Below are positions 47,001 to 62,259 of a stretch of DNA of 64,000 bases, one piece after another. Source of the DNA: Glaucostegus cemiculus (Eukaryota); NCBI GenBank assembly GCA_976551045.1, contig CDPCPM010000104.1:6944001-7008000 (forward strand), given 5' to 3'. The stretch's first letter is position 1, and each line of letters starts with the position of its first letter. The translations under genes were made by a program, and so were the position numbers. A model generated the notes under the pieces. It did not search any database. It saw only the letters and a list, made by a program, of their open reading frames with translations, and was not told the DNA's origin.

Positions 47001-50000
47001 ATGTCATTAAACCTGCAAATAGACGCTTGAAAATCAGAAAAAGGTAAATGTCTTCATTAGTCGGATCTCCAAAGACCCCACAACATTTCATTAATTTATA
47101 ATTTATGATTGTTTGACAAATATTGGAAAGTATGTAAATATGGGAGGCATAATGTCTTTTCTGCGGGAGACCACACAATGACCCAAATTGTATGATGTCT
47201 CGTAAAGTGCGCAAAGATGAATTTATATATCGGGCACAATAGTTTCACTTTACACAACATTTTGCGTAACTGACGTGTTGAAACAGTGGAGATAAAAGAA
47301 CGAGAAATATTTTATGAAAGGAAAAAGCTGTCCATCTCTGGTCACATCTTGGGTAAGAAGGGGACAAATGTGCTAGTATTATTTCGACCTCTTTACGTCA
47401 CACCTGTCTTCACCATGTACCGCGCATTGCCCCCTTCAATTCTGCTCCATTATCGCTCACTGTATGTCTACGATACTGGAAATCAGTTCTGATGACCAAC
47501 ACTCTATATGCAGAGGCACCAACATATTTCGCATCCTTGTCATTTGGTCTTAAAATCCTACTGAGAAATGATATATATATATTTTTTTTCAAATCATTCT
47601 AAATAATTTTGAACGTGCTGCATTGTGCAAGAAATACTTCAGAGCATATGGTACAATCTTGCTTACCTGCACGCACATGTTTTTCAATCTACTCATATAA
47701 AAGTTTAACAATGAAATATGAATAAACTGCATTAAACCGGAAAAGATTAGTGACAGGAATTACGAAATTAATAATCGTTGGAAAATTAACTTGACATAAT
47801 ACGTCTTTTAAATAAGACATCCCAATGTATTTCGAATATAATATCCAGAAAATTATGGTATTTGGATAATCGATCGTTTAGATAATAAGTTAACACCATT
47901 TTAGTTTATTTCTGATCTTTATCCATAACATTCACTTTTAAAAATTGATAAAAATAACTATTGAAAGCGAGGGTCATTTATAAAATATCCATTAGTGTGA
48001 ATTGCACTAGGCGTATTTTAAGTTTTCTTTTATTTTGATATTTCTCAGTTGCTGTGGATTGAACAAACCGTATTTATTTCAGTAGAAGTCATCCCATCTA
48101 CCAAACCAATATTGTCGTAATACCTTGCCGCCATCACCTGCAGCGGGTTAATTATGTCGTTGAACGAATTAAATGCTTATCGTAGAGGTTATCTGGAGTT
48201 AAGGTCTCAGCAAAACCTATTTACCTGCAAAATTCTGATATAGTATAATTCGGAATTACAAGAGCGAATTGGTGAGCAGAAAGTTTTGATTCAATAACAA
48301 TTTCGCAGCGTCTTTAACGAATATAAACGAATTATTTCGTTACTTTTTTTTCAAATGTTTGTAACAAAACTTTGTCTATATGTTTAAACCTTTATATTTT
48401 TTTCTGAACAAAAGTTTGGAGTTTTTTTAAGCAGAGCTGCGGGAAGCAATTTTCGTCATACGTTGAAAATTCCCATTAGTACATCTAAAGGTGTAGCCCC
48501 TCACCCCTGCCTCTGATAAACACAGTTGAGGAGGAAGTTACCTCATTGAGTAATCTCGTGAATATTTCAATGTTCCTGTTGTTAAAAGTTACACCATGGC
48601 GAACTAAAAGAGAAGACTTCCCACTGGGAGTGTTATAGCCATCCCCCTTGTTCACCAGACATATTAAATTTGATACTTCAAGAAAATACCTACTTGACAC
48701 ACTATTGAAAACCGATTTATGGCACAACAATATGAAACATTTTACTACTGATCCTGAAATTGTCGAATCCGGCCAATGCTTATCATCTGTAACACCTGGT
48801 CTAAAGTGTTGTTATTATAAACGATTCATTAGAAACCAAATGTAACCCTTACTTCTTTCGAATGCATTTTTTGAATTAATCTAGATCACTGTACTTTGTG
48901 GGCGGGGCTCTGAAAGAGACGAGATTATGAGCGGTTAATCCTTTCTCTGAGGTCCACCTTTGTTTGACGAAAGGCTATAATATTCTGAAACAAAAACAGT
49001 TCTTTTAATTATTTATCCCAAAACCATGGCGATGTAACGATTTTGGCCAAAGAAGGAAGAAGGTCAATTCAAGATACAGAAGGAACAGAATCCTCTTGCA
49101 TTTAAACAGCAGGGTGGTGGCCCCTTGGATTGTCCTAGCGTTTGTTAACACATATAGTGTTACACTCAATTCATGACACAGTTTTGTGTGTTGCATTCCT
49201 TATAAAAGTGTAATCCACACTCGTGTATGATGTATAGAGGGAAAGGGCAGCAGAATTAAAATTTAGTCTATCTGAATTTTCAATTAATTTAGTAAGTGAG
49301 TAATTAGCAGAAACATTTTTTTTGCAGTACCTTCTCCACTTTAAGTCAAAGGTGCGAATCATTAAATATTTATTAATGTATTAAATATTTGTTATTAATT
49401 CTGGCAATATAGATTTATTTTTGTATCTTCATTGGATCCCGGGGTTGCGTATTTCTATTCTTCCCCAGAGTATACTTTTAGGCTTATGTGAAACTTGTTG
49501 CAATACTGCCACTTTGGATTGTGCTGTTACATTTATAGTACAAAGTGCAGATTCTCCCTGAGTTCCTCGACATCATAGTCTTCACTGTTTGAATGTAATT
49601 GGTTCAACACCGTTAAGGCAATTCGCCTGTTTCAATCCCCTGTCCATTTTTCATTCGCTTTCTTCGAACTACAGTTTACTTGAGTTCCTCAACTCGGTTA
49701 CATTTTGCTCGGTGAATCTGAAATCATTGAAACAAAATGGAGGTTGAAATAGATTATATTGGATTATGATGCGTCAGTGTATGCTACCAGTCTACTTCTT
49801 AAAAAATCCAATGTATCCAGAATTTATCTGTTACCCGTATTTGTTGTTTTATGTATAAAACAGAGACCTGAATGTTTTCGTCTTAATTACCAAGCAAGTG
49901 TGACATGGAAATTCTTGTATAGCAACATTGTGTTCATAAAACAGAAAAGCCGAGGGACACTTTTGTTTGTGCTGGGACAGAGTGGCACTCGTTTTGTTTT

Positions 50001-52111
50001 TGACGGTAGGGTTTTGATGACTTATAGTATGTACATAAAACAAACTTTCCTGCAGTGTTAGTTTCTTCTCTGATCGTCATGCTTCCTTCGAGACTGCCAG
50101 ATGATTTTAAAAGACAAAAAAAAATGATAAATAGTGTCGAAGAACTAATCGCTGGAGGGCGCGTTTACCAATTCATAATCATTTGTTCTTGGTGATGTAT
50201 GACCCTTTCTCTTAAAACTGAAAAGCTTCCATTTGAAGGTGTAAATAGCTTTTTTCTTCAGTAAACCTTGCTGCATTAGGCGTGATTGATCTGATGTACA
50301 ATTTGTCCCAGAGTGCCATTTTAGAGAGAGAACACAGGTTTAGGAGATTAACAGGCAGCCCTGTTACATATTAATGAAGTCGAGAAATACATTGACGTGA
50401 AGCTAATTTAGTTAGTTGTTTCCACTGCATTCGCCCTTATTTGGGTTGTGATAGACCCCCGCGGTTGTTGCACACAGAACTGAGAAAGTAGGTTGCGATA
50501 TCTTTCCAGAGACTACCGAACACCTGATGCAAAAAAAGAACCCACAAATGTTGACCAGCTCTATAGGGTTATTTCCTTGTTAACATACCAGAGACCCAAA
50601 ATTATTATAGGAGAGTTGAGACCAAATGCAAAATAAATAACCAAAAAAGGCACGTTAGTATGGTAAATTATCAGTCATATATATTTGTACCCTGGTGGTT
50701 CCTTAAAAAAATAAACATTTATAATGTTAGTTGTTTTTCAGTAGATTACATCACAGATTGTTTGCATGATTTAGAATATGACTTCTGTTACATTCCAGTG
50801 GTCTAGAGTCTGACCTCGACGAACCCCGGGTCACTCAGCTTGCTACCTTTGCAGTTTAGTTCCAGGGCACTCCATTAGAGTTTATCCTGCAGGGATTTTC
50901 ACAGCCACCCCTTCAAGAAAAAACAAACTTCCTGAAATACCCTTGGTAGACTACTAGTTAGATTATAAAAAAAAGAATTGCACTGGCGCAAAAAAAAATC
51001 CCCTGTAGATATATTGACATGAAATTGAATCCACTGAAATAGATTGATCATGATCTGTGTTGAAATCAAACATGTAGCAACCCCCTTAGTTTGTTATTTT
51101 GCATCCCCCTCTGTTTAGTGCACAATAAAATGTCAGATCTCGACAATGGTACTGGGAAAATATAATTGCGGGCGGTTTTTGCAAACGGTTTGGTATTTTC
51201 TGAGAAGTTTAAAGAGACGGGAAATTGAGCAAATTTGTTTAATTTATTAATATCTTTTCTTCAGGATTCGGGAAAGCACCCCAAGCCGTTCAATTTTAAA
51301 ATAAACTGTCCAGTACTACTGTGCGAAATCTGTTGTAGACCCTTAATCCTTTGTGTGTACAGTTAAGGATTTCTGTAACCCTCTCCTTTTAATCGGCACG
51401 ATTAATTAAACAGAAGGAGATTGGCCAGATCTGACAAAATCAATGTTTGTGAAAATGTCTGCAACCTATTTGTGGAAAAAGAAGTTCTGCTACTCAAAGC
51501 TGTCCGCCACTGGCACTCCACATTATGTTCGTTTAAACACCATTTTTTAAATCGTAGCATATAAAGACCTTTATTGTATTCTGCAACCTTGAAAAACTAT
51601 GAATAGCTTAAAATATTTCCAAAGAAATATTGTTTTTTTTCTTCTGCTGATTTTTACTCCTTTAAAATGTTTTGGAAAGTGTTTTTTTTAATTTGGAAAC
51701 GTTGTTACAAAGGAAAGGACAAATTAGAAGAAATTTTCGGTGATCAAAGGAAGAACAGAAAAGCAAGTATGGGCATTCAGGACGCTTGACTTATTCAGAC
51801 AACTGCTTTGGAACAGAAGGGCAACAAGCGTGTCTTATATTCAAAAGACCGATCTATTCATAGTGCAGGTGCGAAATAGTGTGGCACATTCTGCCACATT
51901 ATGTAAAGGTTGTTAGAGATTAGTGTTCAGACTTAATAACTAAGGCGCTTGATTTACATTGTAGAAAGCCTCTTCATCCGTGAAAGCAAAATAATTTAAC
52001 GCGTGATCATTTGGAGTGCGGCTGATATCCTAATACATTTATTGTGTTCGAAAACTAGTGGAGTACTTTGCATTGCTTCTTTAGAAACCTATCATTTACA
52101 CCCACTGCACT

Positions 52112-52263
52112 NNNNNNNNNNNNNNNNNNNNNNNNNNNNNNNNNNNNNNNNNNNNNNNNNNNNNNNNNNNNNNNNNNNNNNNNNNNNNNNNNNNNNNNNN
52201 NNNNNNNNNNNNNNNNNNNNNNNNNNNNNNNNNNNNNNNNNNNNNNNNNNNNNNNNNNNNNNN
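52112..52263. other. N run (gap or masked simple repeat)
   Basis: 152 N. Confidence 0.95.
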
Positions 52264-55200
52264 TTTAGTGCGGGTGGGTGGGTGGTTCTCGCGTGTGCGT
52301 GTAAGAGAAGGGGAGAAGGAGGAAGGAAACTGAAGGGAGTGGTCAGACTGGAAAAGAGGTAAGTGGCAAAAAGGAAAAGGGGATGTTGAAACAAATGAGT
52401 GATTGCTAAAGCCAGTCCAGTTTCTTTTTAAAAAATCAAGATAAGTAAGGGGATAAATCCTACTTAGACAGTCACTTGTGTATCGGCTGGTTATATTAGT
52501 TAGCCATTTCCTGCATTTGTTTCCAATATTATTGGGGGAAATATAGATCGGCTCATTCTTATTATTTAGTCACGTGACCATATAGACATCACAGCTTGCT
52601 CACAAGCATTTTTGGGGGCATTGTTACTAATCATTCAAATTGTACGTCAATGTTTTATAATTTAAATTGTTTCTCACACGTGGACATATAACAATATATC
52701 TAAATATTAGATCTATCATAAACACACAAACATACGTGCAAATAAATACAGGCAACTGTAACTAGTTTGAACGGAATATAAGAACGGTATTGTTATTATT
52801 AAATTCAAAACTGTTCCAAACACACAAAAAAAAACAAAGTAACCCAAAGAGTAAACATCCTGAGTATAAAAGGAAAATGTGTCTAGTTCATCGTAATTTT
52901 ATGGATTGAAGTTTACATCGTAACCCATTACTTCTCCCATTTTCATTTATCTCAGGTATATTTTGATGTGTAGCGCAACTGAACTATACCTGGTGGACAC
53001 CTCAAAAAATTCAAGATATGAACAATTCACTGACAGGACGTAATATTTAAAGCCAGTTTCGACAGTGGAGGTTGGTGCTTGCGGAAGTTTGTCATCCATA
53101 TTTTTAGCGAGTGAAAAAAGACAACGTATAACTTTTATTTTGGCAATTACACCGAACTTAGCCTGAGGTGAGCTGCACACAGCAGACTGTAGTTTTCGAC
53201 ATCTAGACTTGCGGTACACCGTAGGGGGTTGTACAGTTTCTATGCATTGACAGTAGACTGTAAGTTTCGTTTGTCATTGGACTAGACACGACTAAGTTAT
53301 GCTGAATCTAGAAGAGATACAATTTACTAAAAAGTAGTCTCCCTAACATATAAGCCGTGAGTTAAATCTTAAAGATTGTTTCCACATAAAAGGTCGTAAG
53401 TCAGTCCATTGCTGTCTGACCCTTGAGTCCCTTGTTAAAAGCATTATTCACACAGCCTCTAACAAAACCTCCTCAGCTTTCACGGAAATGTTTTTATTAT
53501 TCTATTTTCTTACATGATTCGTTAATTAAGAAAGCTGAATGATTAGAATAGCACCTGCGTGTTGTCAGGACGATTTCTGCATACTAATCTGTACATCTTT
53601 ATATCTAGTAATTATAACATAAAATAAGACATTGAATAGAACGCAAAGATTTTTTTCTAAGGCTTCTACTAATCCCCTATTAAAGGAGTCTTGTTAAATA
53701 ATTCAGGACAGTTTCCGGAAGTGGGATTACCGACTCCATTATTTTTCAATGAAATGATATTTCACACTCAAATGAACCTCTGTATTTCTATAACAGCCTC
53801 TGAAAGGTCAGCTTCTATTTTCCAGAAATTAGAAATCTAAAGGGGAGCTTGATTCTTTTATGAACACAGGATGACAATAATCTCCTTACCCACAGCCGTA
53901 ATTAAAAATGCAATGAAGAAACCAGGCTTTTTTTCCCCCTAATGTGGAATTTCACTATTTGACTGCATGTCGCCAAATATAAATGTGAACTTTCTTACCA
54001 GGCCACTGAACATACGACTGTTTTATTTCAGTTTTCCGATCATTTTTTCTTAACATTACTGCATTGATAAGCTTATCTGTGAATATTTTCAGTATCAAAA
54101 TCTCAATAGCATGTTTTATGCAGACAGAAGTGAAAACCTGAATCTCTTGGCAAAAGTATTATTTTTGTCGAGAGAATGCAAGCAAGGGAAAAGTCAAAAC
54201 GGCAATTTAAGTTTCTATGATCTCCACTCCGAAATTATTGGAATTACACTGCATTTGCTTCGTTTTTAACTTCATGTCCATAATATGTTCTGCCAGTTCC
54301 CAAATACGTCATACAATTTGTTTACGTGTAATGTCAGACAGAGTAATACGCCCATATAAGTATGCACCTGAAATATTGGCAAATGTCAACGTTATTGTTC
54401 ATTTCTCCTTATATATTTAAATATGCAATGGCGCTACTGTTGAACCAAAAATCATATTGAGATATATTAATGATTAAGACATGCCTTACAAACACCAGGC
54501 TGGTTGTATTTATCATTTCTGGAAAGCTGATGTTTGCATGCTTGATTGATTTATGTGGAACAGCACCAGATGCATGAGGAATACTGGAGCACTGCATGTT
54601 ATTAATCTAAACTTTGGGAAATGAACATCACCATATGCATATCGCCAAACCCCGCATTACCTGAACGACAGTTGTGGCTCACTACCCCGAATAAGGATTT
54701 CAGGGTTATTTGCCACTTCAGACAGATACCAAGTTTGCCAGAAACTAATATTTGCCAAAAAAAAGCGTTATTACAACCAGAACAACACACCTGACGGCCA
54801 TAATTTTATACCTATTTATTGAAAGCTTACAGAAGATATGCCATAATACAAGTGATGTATGTGTCAGCTATGTGACGTTAAAAATAATTGACTATGTTTT
54901 GATTCTCTACGTTTTAAGGTTAAATGGCACGTTTAAATGCAAAGAGGATTTTCTAAAAAAAACATATTTGTAAGAGCATGTAATTTTCTTAATTAAATGT
55001 GCAAAATTGTTATAAGTTACCAGTGACATTGAATGAACCTTTAAGAAGTCGTCAGTCATCCAAACTTGCATATCTAAGCATCACTTCTGCACAGTTACTG
55101 ATGCTAACGCAAAACAAAACCGCAAAAATATTTGTCTTCGTTTGACTTTATAGGAAAAAAAAGAAATCAATGATGAGGATATTTATCGAGAGTATTTAAA

Positions 55201-58200
55201 CGAAAGCTATCTTTCTTGTGGTTGATTCATTACAATTTATATAATGTCTTCAACAAACTGTGTTTCGCAAGCCAGATGAAAACACGAGCTATCTTAGGTT
55301 ATACGGTGCAAATTCACAATTGCACCTTTGCAATATAAATCCTGGCGAACGTGGTTTCAGGATCCGTTTCGGTATGAATTCAAAAATAAGATTAGAAATA
55401 TAACATTTCATCGGGTGTGATTTTATTTGAGCTGCTAAACGCCAGTAAGATTAGTTATAATAATTATTATCATGTAAATCGAAATTCACGAATACGTATG
55501 CCATAACTGTGTGTGACAGACTGCATAGAATCATTCTTTTTCAACAACATGCATCCTTTATTTGAATTGCTTAGCATTTATAAATATCGTTATAATTACA
55601 TCAACACTACAAACCGTGTTTTACGGCTTGGATATTTTATTGAGGGTATGTACATGTGATTATTTAAGTTCTCAAAGTCAAGATCATAAACTTATAAAGG
55701 TTAAGGCGCATTCTGTTATTAATGTGATATCTTAGAACTTGTTCCACAGAAGGACTAATGGTAGATTGTTCGATATTATTGACAAATGCCCCTTTTCATT
55801 CTTATATAAATAGGTTACACGAATAAAGTTGAACACGGTTCTTGAAATAAAGGTGTTGATTATTCTTTTGGAATGGTAGTAAAATTTTAAAAAAATGTCT
55901 TAAAAGATTTTGAAATGTTTATTGCCTGAATGGGAGAGTAAATAGATTTTAAATATCATTTGGATTCTATGGAGACTCAATTCAATGTTACTAAATCGGT
56001 TAAACAGTGCCTTGCTTCGCCTTTATCCGCCCCTGCGCTTTTACCTCTCGTCTTTAGGAACCGCATTCACCACATCTGATGTTACTACGGTTTATTATGA
56101 ATTGTATAAATCAACATATGGTCCACAGCTTCAAAGGTTGACCGAAGCTGTACGATTTTAATAAGTCATGTGGGTGACATTGACGACGTCAGAATCTCTA
56201 CCAGGGGTGATTGCTTCGGACAAATATTGTTTCTTGGAGCGAACTTCCGTCATTTCTGCTCCTTATTAGTTTCACTATAACCAAGAGTTATTAAGCCACA
56301 TTATTCAAATTACGTTATGGCGGTTTTTTTTAACCAAGTTGTGAATATTCCCTTGTTACACATTGAATGAAAGATATAAATAAGCGGGAGAATGTTGCAG
56401 GATCTAACGGTGTTCGGTTGGTGCAGATTGAACATGTTTTATTTTGAACCAATAATGGATTCGCCTTGCAATCTGATGTCTTTAGACTATCATTGAATAA
56501 TATGACATAGGTGCCTATCATTCCCTGAGAGGCTATACCGCTATTAACATTACTTGCATTTAGTAGAAGTCAGCTTTTCCCAGAGAAATCCATTTTAAAT
56601 CACAGTGGAAGTGTTTTTTTTTGTTTTACTTTAAATCTGCGCTTGATTTATTTGCAAATGCAAAATTACATCTTTTCCCCCCCATTATTCGATTTGCAGA
56701 TCCTCGCTTTAGACTAAATGCTGCAGGGCGATGCTACAAGAAGCTGCTGAAATCTTGAACAAGCCTTAAGAAATTTATCAGGGTGCTGGGTGGAAGGGTG
56801 GGGGGGGGAGGTGGACGTTGAAACCTCTGCTATTTTCAATATTACATTCATAATCGATCACATATCACTTCCATGTAATGTGTATGAATGCTGTGGAAGG
56901 ACAGTGTCCAATATTGCACAGTATGTTTTTAATAAGTGTGTCACTGAATATGCAGTGATTGTGCTTTAGCTGATCTGTTGCTGAAATTCAGTTTTGATTA
57001 TAAATTCTGACGTCAAGTTCTTTGCATAATATAATCATAAAAAAATAAGGTACTGTGTTTTTGATCCACGTGCAAAATCGAAATTTGAATATCAGATTGA
57101 CTACTTACAAGACAAAAATATGGGGCACAAATATTTGAGTTGATTACTTTTTAACCAGTACATTGTTTTGTATCCTGGTCGCCTTGTTGTTTAGGGATAC
57201 TAGTCCTTATACATGCGTTGCTTTGTTGTCAGGACTTATCAGTGAATGGACGTTAATTAATGCTCTCCAGAAGCTTGGATGGGGTGGATGATAGGAAGCA
57301 ACAGGGGATGAATCCCTCCAAAATGGTTTGTCAACGATGAGAAAGAAAAGCCAGTGTCAATAAAAGAACCACTAATGATGGCCACACGTCTCTCAACATG
57401 TTGTCCAACGTGCCTTTCCATCTCTTGTTGACTATAGTCAAGTGTAATAACTGCATATCCTCATTCAAGCATTATAGCTTTTCACCGTGTGGATTAATTA
57501 GTAAGTGTTGTCACCTCTTCACTTTTTCTGACCACCATTTTGGACAAATATCGAAGTAAGCAAGTATGTGAACATAGAGCGATTGTGGGATTAAATTTCG
57601 ATTTTCGCTGTTCCAATCACTTAAAATCCATTTGGTCCTTAAAGGTTCGTAAATTAGAGACGACAGAAAAATTGTTAAGTCACCGGAAAAATTGCTTGCT
57701 CATTTCACCATCAACCATAGCGTAAAAGAGCGCATGCGTATGGTTTTAGATTCCATTGTGTTTTAACCAAGAAATGGGCCGAACTGTGATATCTATGAAT
57801 TCGTTCCAAATAAAATAAGTTTACTTATAGCTCTTGCTGCCACATTTATGTTTTAAAATATGTTCACCAAAATAGAGACATTCGACTGAAATAAAACCAA
57901 CACTAACCAAAATCATGTGGCTGAAACCTTGCCATCGTTATGGTAAGTTGCCATTTACTTCACCATTGTGTGACTGATTCAAGGAAGCACTTCGCCCGAT
58001 GTCATATCATATAACTCAAGAACAAGTTAAGTTAAACGATGTAATCAAACAATATTTTAACCGAGAGCGATCACATTTTGAAGTCGACACCTACAATTTA
58101 AACAAAGATCCTTAATTTTTTGTGTTTTATCTACGAGGGGAAGTATCACCCCTAAACATTTAGGGTCCACATTGAGAGATTTGCTGTTAGCAGGCTCTGA

Positions 58201-61200
58201 GCAACAATTGAAATAAAAACTTGATCACTTTTGAAGACATCAGTTTACAATCAGGGTGGGTGACTATCGATTACAATACATATCTCGCATTTCCAGCAGC
58301 AATTCGATGTGATTTTCTACATCCATTATGATACTGTATTAAGAAACATTATGTACCTAATGCAGTTGCCAATAATTGCCTCAAATGTATTGACAATAGA
58401 TCATTTGCCTGAGATCTATGAGTCTCAATTTAAGGTCCCTGAATGTCCATGCAAAATAAAGCGTTTCGTGGACTTGGGAGACGATTATACTGGGCTAGAT
58501 TTTGCAATCGTGGTAATAAATTCATTAGAAGATTGCTTCCCTGCAAATTGCAACTTGTCTGTCATTTTGAGAGGCAGCTATTTGCGAAACGAATAGACTA
58601 CTAAGTTATTTCATTGTCAATTTACTCAAATTTGGAAACGATTGATTCGTGACACGAAGCTATAATAATCCCATCCGAAAGAATTCCTGATTAAAAGTTA
58701 ATGTCTATTGTTTCCTTGGGCCTAACTTAGCGTGGACTTTAACATGGAAACCAACAGGACGGAATTGTGGCCAGTTTTAAAGGCGACAAGGATAGAGCTA
58801 TGAATAGTTTAATTAAAACTAGCTTATATTGTTAAACACGGTTTTGTGAAAAAAACTGCTGAAAGAATCTGTTTCAGGTTGAATGCTTTTTAACAGATTC
58901 CTTTTTAGTGGTGTCAGGCGCAATGTAATGCCTAGCACTTCTTGTATGGTGCCCATTTGCCGTGTTCTAAAAAAAACCCTACATAATCAAAAAGTGAACA
59001 GCAAACAAAAGATGTAGGCATTACAACCGATTGAAGAGCGAGGGGAAAGTGCATCTATTTACTCAGGAGAACTCGGCCCTAAATCCGTTCAGGGATAGTA
59101 AACAACAAGGGGAAAGAAATCCACATTTATTGTGTTTTTGTTTGTCCTGTGTAAAACATGACTCCGTTAAACAATTGTAATCTAAAAGACTGACATGCAA
59201 TAAGGAACTTTGTTGTACATGCAATACAACCCATATTATCGCGCCGAATATGTTTACTTTTTTTTCTAAGCACTTTGTTCAATGAAGTTTTCCCCATCGT
59301 TAATTTAAAGTTAAATACAATACTTTAAAGGCAATGTTTTATAAGAGTATTTTGTTAATAGAATTTGGACGAGAGAAATTAATTGAAAAAAATAATATGC
59401 TCTTTGAGTAATAGAGATCACTGCAACTAAACCTTACTACAATACTGTAGTAAATTGCATTGAACAAAATGGCGACCGTGTAGTAGTTTGAAATGTAAAC
59501 CCCGAGATTAATGTTTCTCTACATTGATATTATATGACTACTAGAAAATGAAATCGTCGATATTTCATTCAGTTAGTGAATGTATAAATGTAAGAAAAAT
59601 CTTAGGTAAATGTTCCACTCATCACTCAAAGATTGTGATCTTTTAAGCCACCGCTCCATTTCTATAACATTTTTTTATCAGTTGTACACATGTGAAGTTT
59701 CAGGGATGGACTACCATTTTTGAACACGGATTTGAACAGGTACGGCAGTATTACACCCACACACAATTGTCCTTTATTCTAAAATGTATCAACAGTTCTA
59801 ACACTCTCCGGTCTGCTCAAGGTAGTAATACAAGTCCTTCTATCTTTTATCTCTTTAGAAACGGTTTAGAACTAACGGACAGAAAACGCTTGACAGAGAG
59901 GAGAACAAATCGCTGACAAAGAACGCTTTCCGTTTCATCAGCGTCGTTAAGACGACGAGGAAGAATCTCTTAGATAATAACTCCCACTTCAAAGAATTTT
60001 GCCCTGAATAGAGAATGTACCATCCTTTTTATACAGCCACAAGGGTTTTCACTAAAGAGGACTCGACTGTTTGGTTATTTTTCACCGTGTTTATTTTTCG
60101 CCATTCACTGGGTACTTGTATAAAATAAACAACAAGACAATTACTAAAAGACGAATTCCCAACTTATCTGCTCACAGGGCCCAGATCAAACCCGCTGTGC
60201 TCCCTCTCCGAGGAGCCAAACCAGTTCGATTCAGACCATCCCTAATCCGCCTGAGAATTCGTCCCAACCCCAAAATATTAAAGATTATGATGAAGTGAAG
60301 ATTGACTGTACTAACCTAGCATGAAACCAAAGGTCAACGCAAATGTATCTTAATAGAGTGTCTCGAATCGAATGTGCCTCCTTTGAAGGCAGTTTGCTAT
60401 TGCTCCGTTCATTACCATAGCGATCCTAGTGTGCGGTGCTGATGTACCATAAAACTCACACTTTGGAATTCTAAAACCCAGCTCTTTGAACAGCCCGAGT
60501 CTGATTAGAGTCCTTGTGTCTTTTATTTTCTCTCTCGTTCTTTTGGGAAAAAAGAAACTCCTAGTGCTTTTAAAAGTTTATAGAAAGTTGAACTCGCTTC
60601 CTAAGTAACTATATCAAATAGAAATAGGAAAGAAAAAGTTAATTGACACTCTATCTCAAGCCGTCTCTTTCTCTTCGCTGGAGGTTGTGGGGTTATACTT
60701 GATGTTTCATTTATGTTTGTTGTAAGTCATGCTTCGCACGAGGCTTTCTTTGCTCTCTGAAGTAGCAACACCGTAAAACAAATATATGTATACACTCATG
60801 TAAATGCACACACAAACTTGCTTACATATGGCTCTTAAAGAAGTAAACATTCCGTCCTTAATAAAAGACTGGACTAGCTCCAGACTTGGCTTTCAGTATT
60901 TAAGTATGACTTGTCTATTGCCATAGAAATCCTAACTCACCATGAAGATTCACCGTTGCGAAGAAATACTTCTTTGTAGATTTTTCTGCTTTGATGTCTC
61001 CACGAGGATATTCAGGCTTTTGAGTTGAGGCTGCCTGGATTACCTATAGCAACTGGGTGGACATCTGCAACAAGTAAATAAAAAAGGTGAACAGCTATCC
61101 AGCGGAATGATTCCATTTTCTTAAAATCGAAAAAAATGCAACATTTACGACTCCAAAAGGTTGCAAAATTAATCAAAAATTATTTTGATTTGTTTTATCG

Positions 61201-62259
61201 TTTTCAACGAAAGTAACTCACATATTTTTTCCTGAAGTGAATTAAAATAAATGTGTGAAAACTTTCTCTCCTTACTATTACTCAACTTTTATGGAATTCA
61301 GCATTATTCGTCGCTTCTCCAATCTTCTGGGTCTATTACTGGTCAAAAAATAGGTTCCACAGCTCACCATATCTTTCACGTGAATTTGAACATTTTAAAA
61401 CAAGACTACTGCATCTTTCTGAAGATACGTTTCCTCAATTTAAAAATTCGTTTCATGAACACTTTCTCTTTTTTTGTGTGTGTGTCCTGAAATGGTTTCA
61501 GCGCTAGATCTCAAGGAAAACGTAATTAAGGGAAAATAACAAACTAACTTATTTAATAAGCTGTGAAGGAGGTCAGACAGCCTTACAGACTGGCGGTGCA
61601 ACAGAGTAAACTGAGGAAAAGATGATTGGATTATTAATATCTTTTCACAGCTGTCCAGACTTTACTGGAATATATAGTAGATTAGGCTTTCTCTAAGGGA
61701 GAAACGAATATATTAACCCCATATTATTTATCTTGCATAGCAACCTAGTCCCCTTACTGTGCAACACGTTATATCCCCATTCGCTAGGCCCCTTACCAGA
61801 AAACGTGAAGAGAAAACGACCAGGCTGCGATAACTGCTAATGACAATCCCTAAACTCCTGGCCTTTGTGCGTAAGTGTTTGAGGAATAGCGAGGGGGTAG
61901 AGAAAGATGGTCCATATTTCAATCACTAACCGTAATTTGAGTTAAAGTAACAAAGTTTATTTTGCACTTCGTTGGATTCCCGAAGGATTGCTATTTTTGT
62001 CAAATATAGGTTTTGATTCATCAAATGTGTCACAGGGGGACATTTGCACTAAACTGATACAAAATTAATTTGTGCACAGTGGTAATTTATCAATGGTTTC
62101 TTGTGTTGCATTTTCTTCAGCAATATTTTAAACATAAAGAATATAGATATATGTTTGTTTAGGAATCACTTATTACTATCCTTGTGTTTGTCGGCTATCA
62201 TCTGTATAATTGACAACTAAGCGGCTTTGGCTTTCCATTGTAAAGTGCAGCAAACAGTC

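Noticed and set aside
31759-52394. ORFs spanning the N runs, and the (TG)n ORF at 43937-44152
   Set aside because: Artefacts of unknown bases or of the microsatellite.
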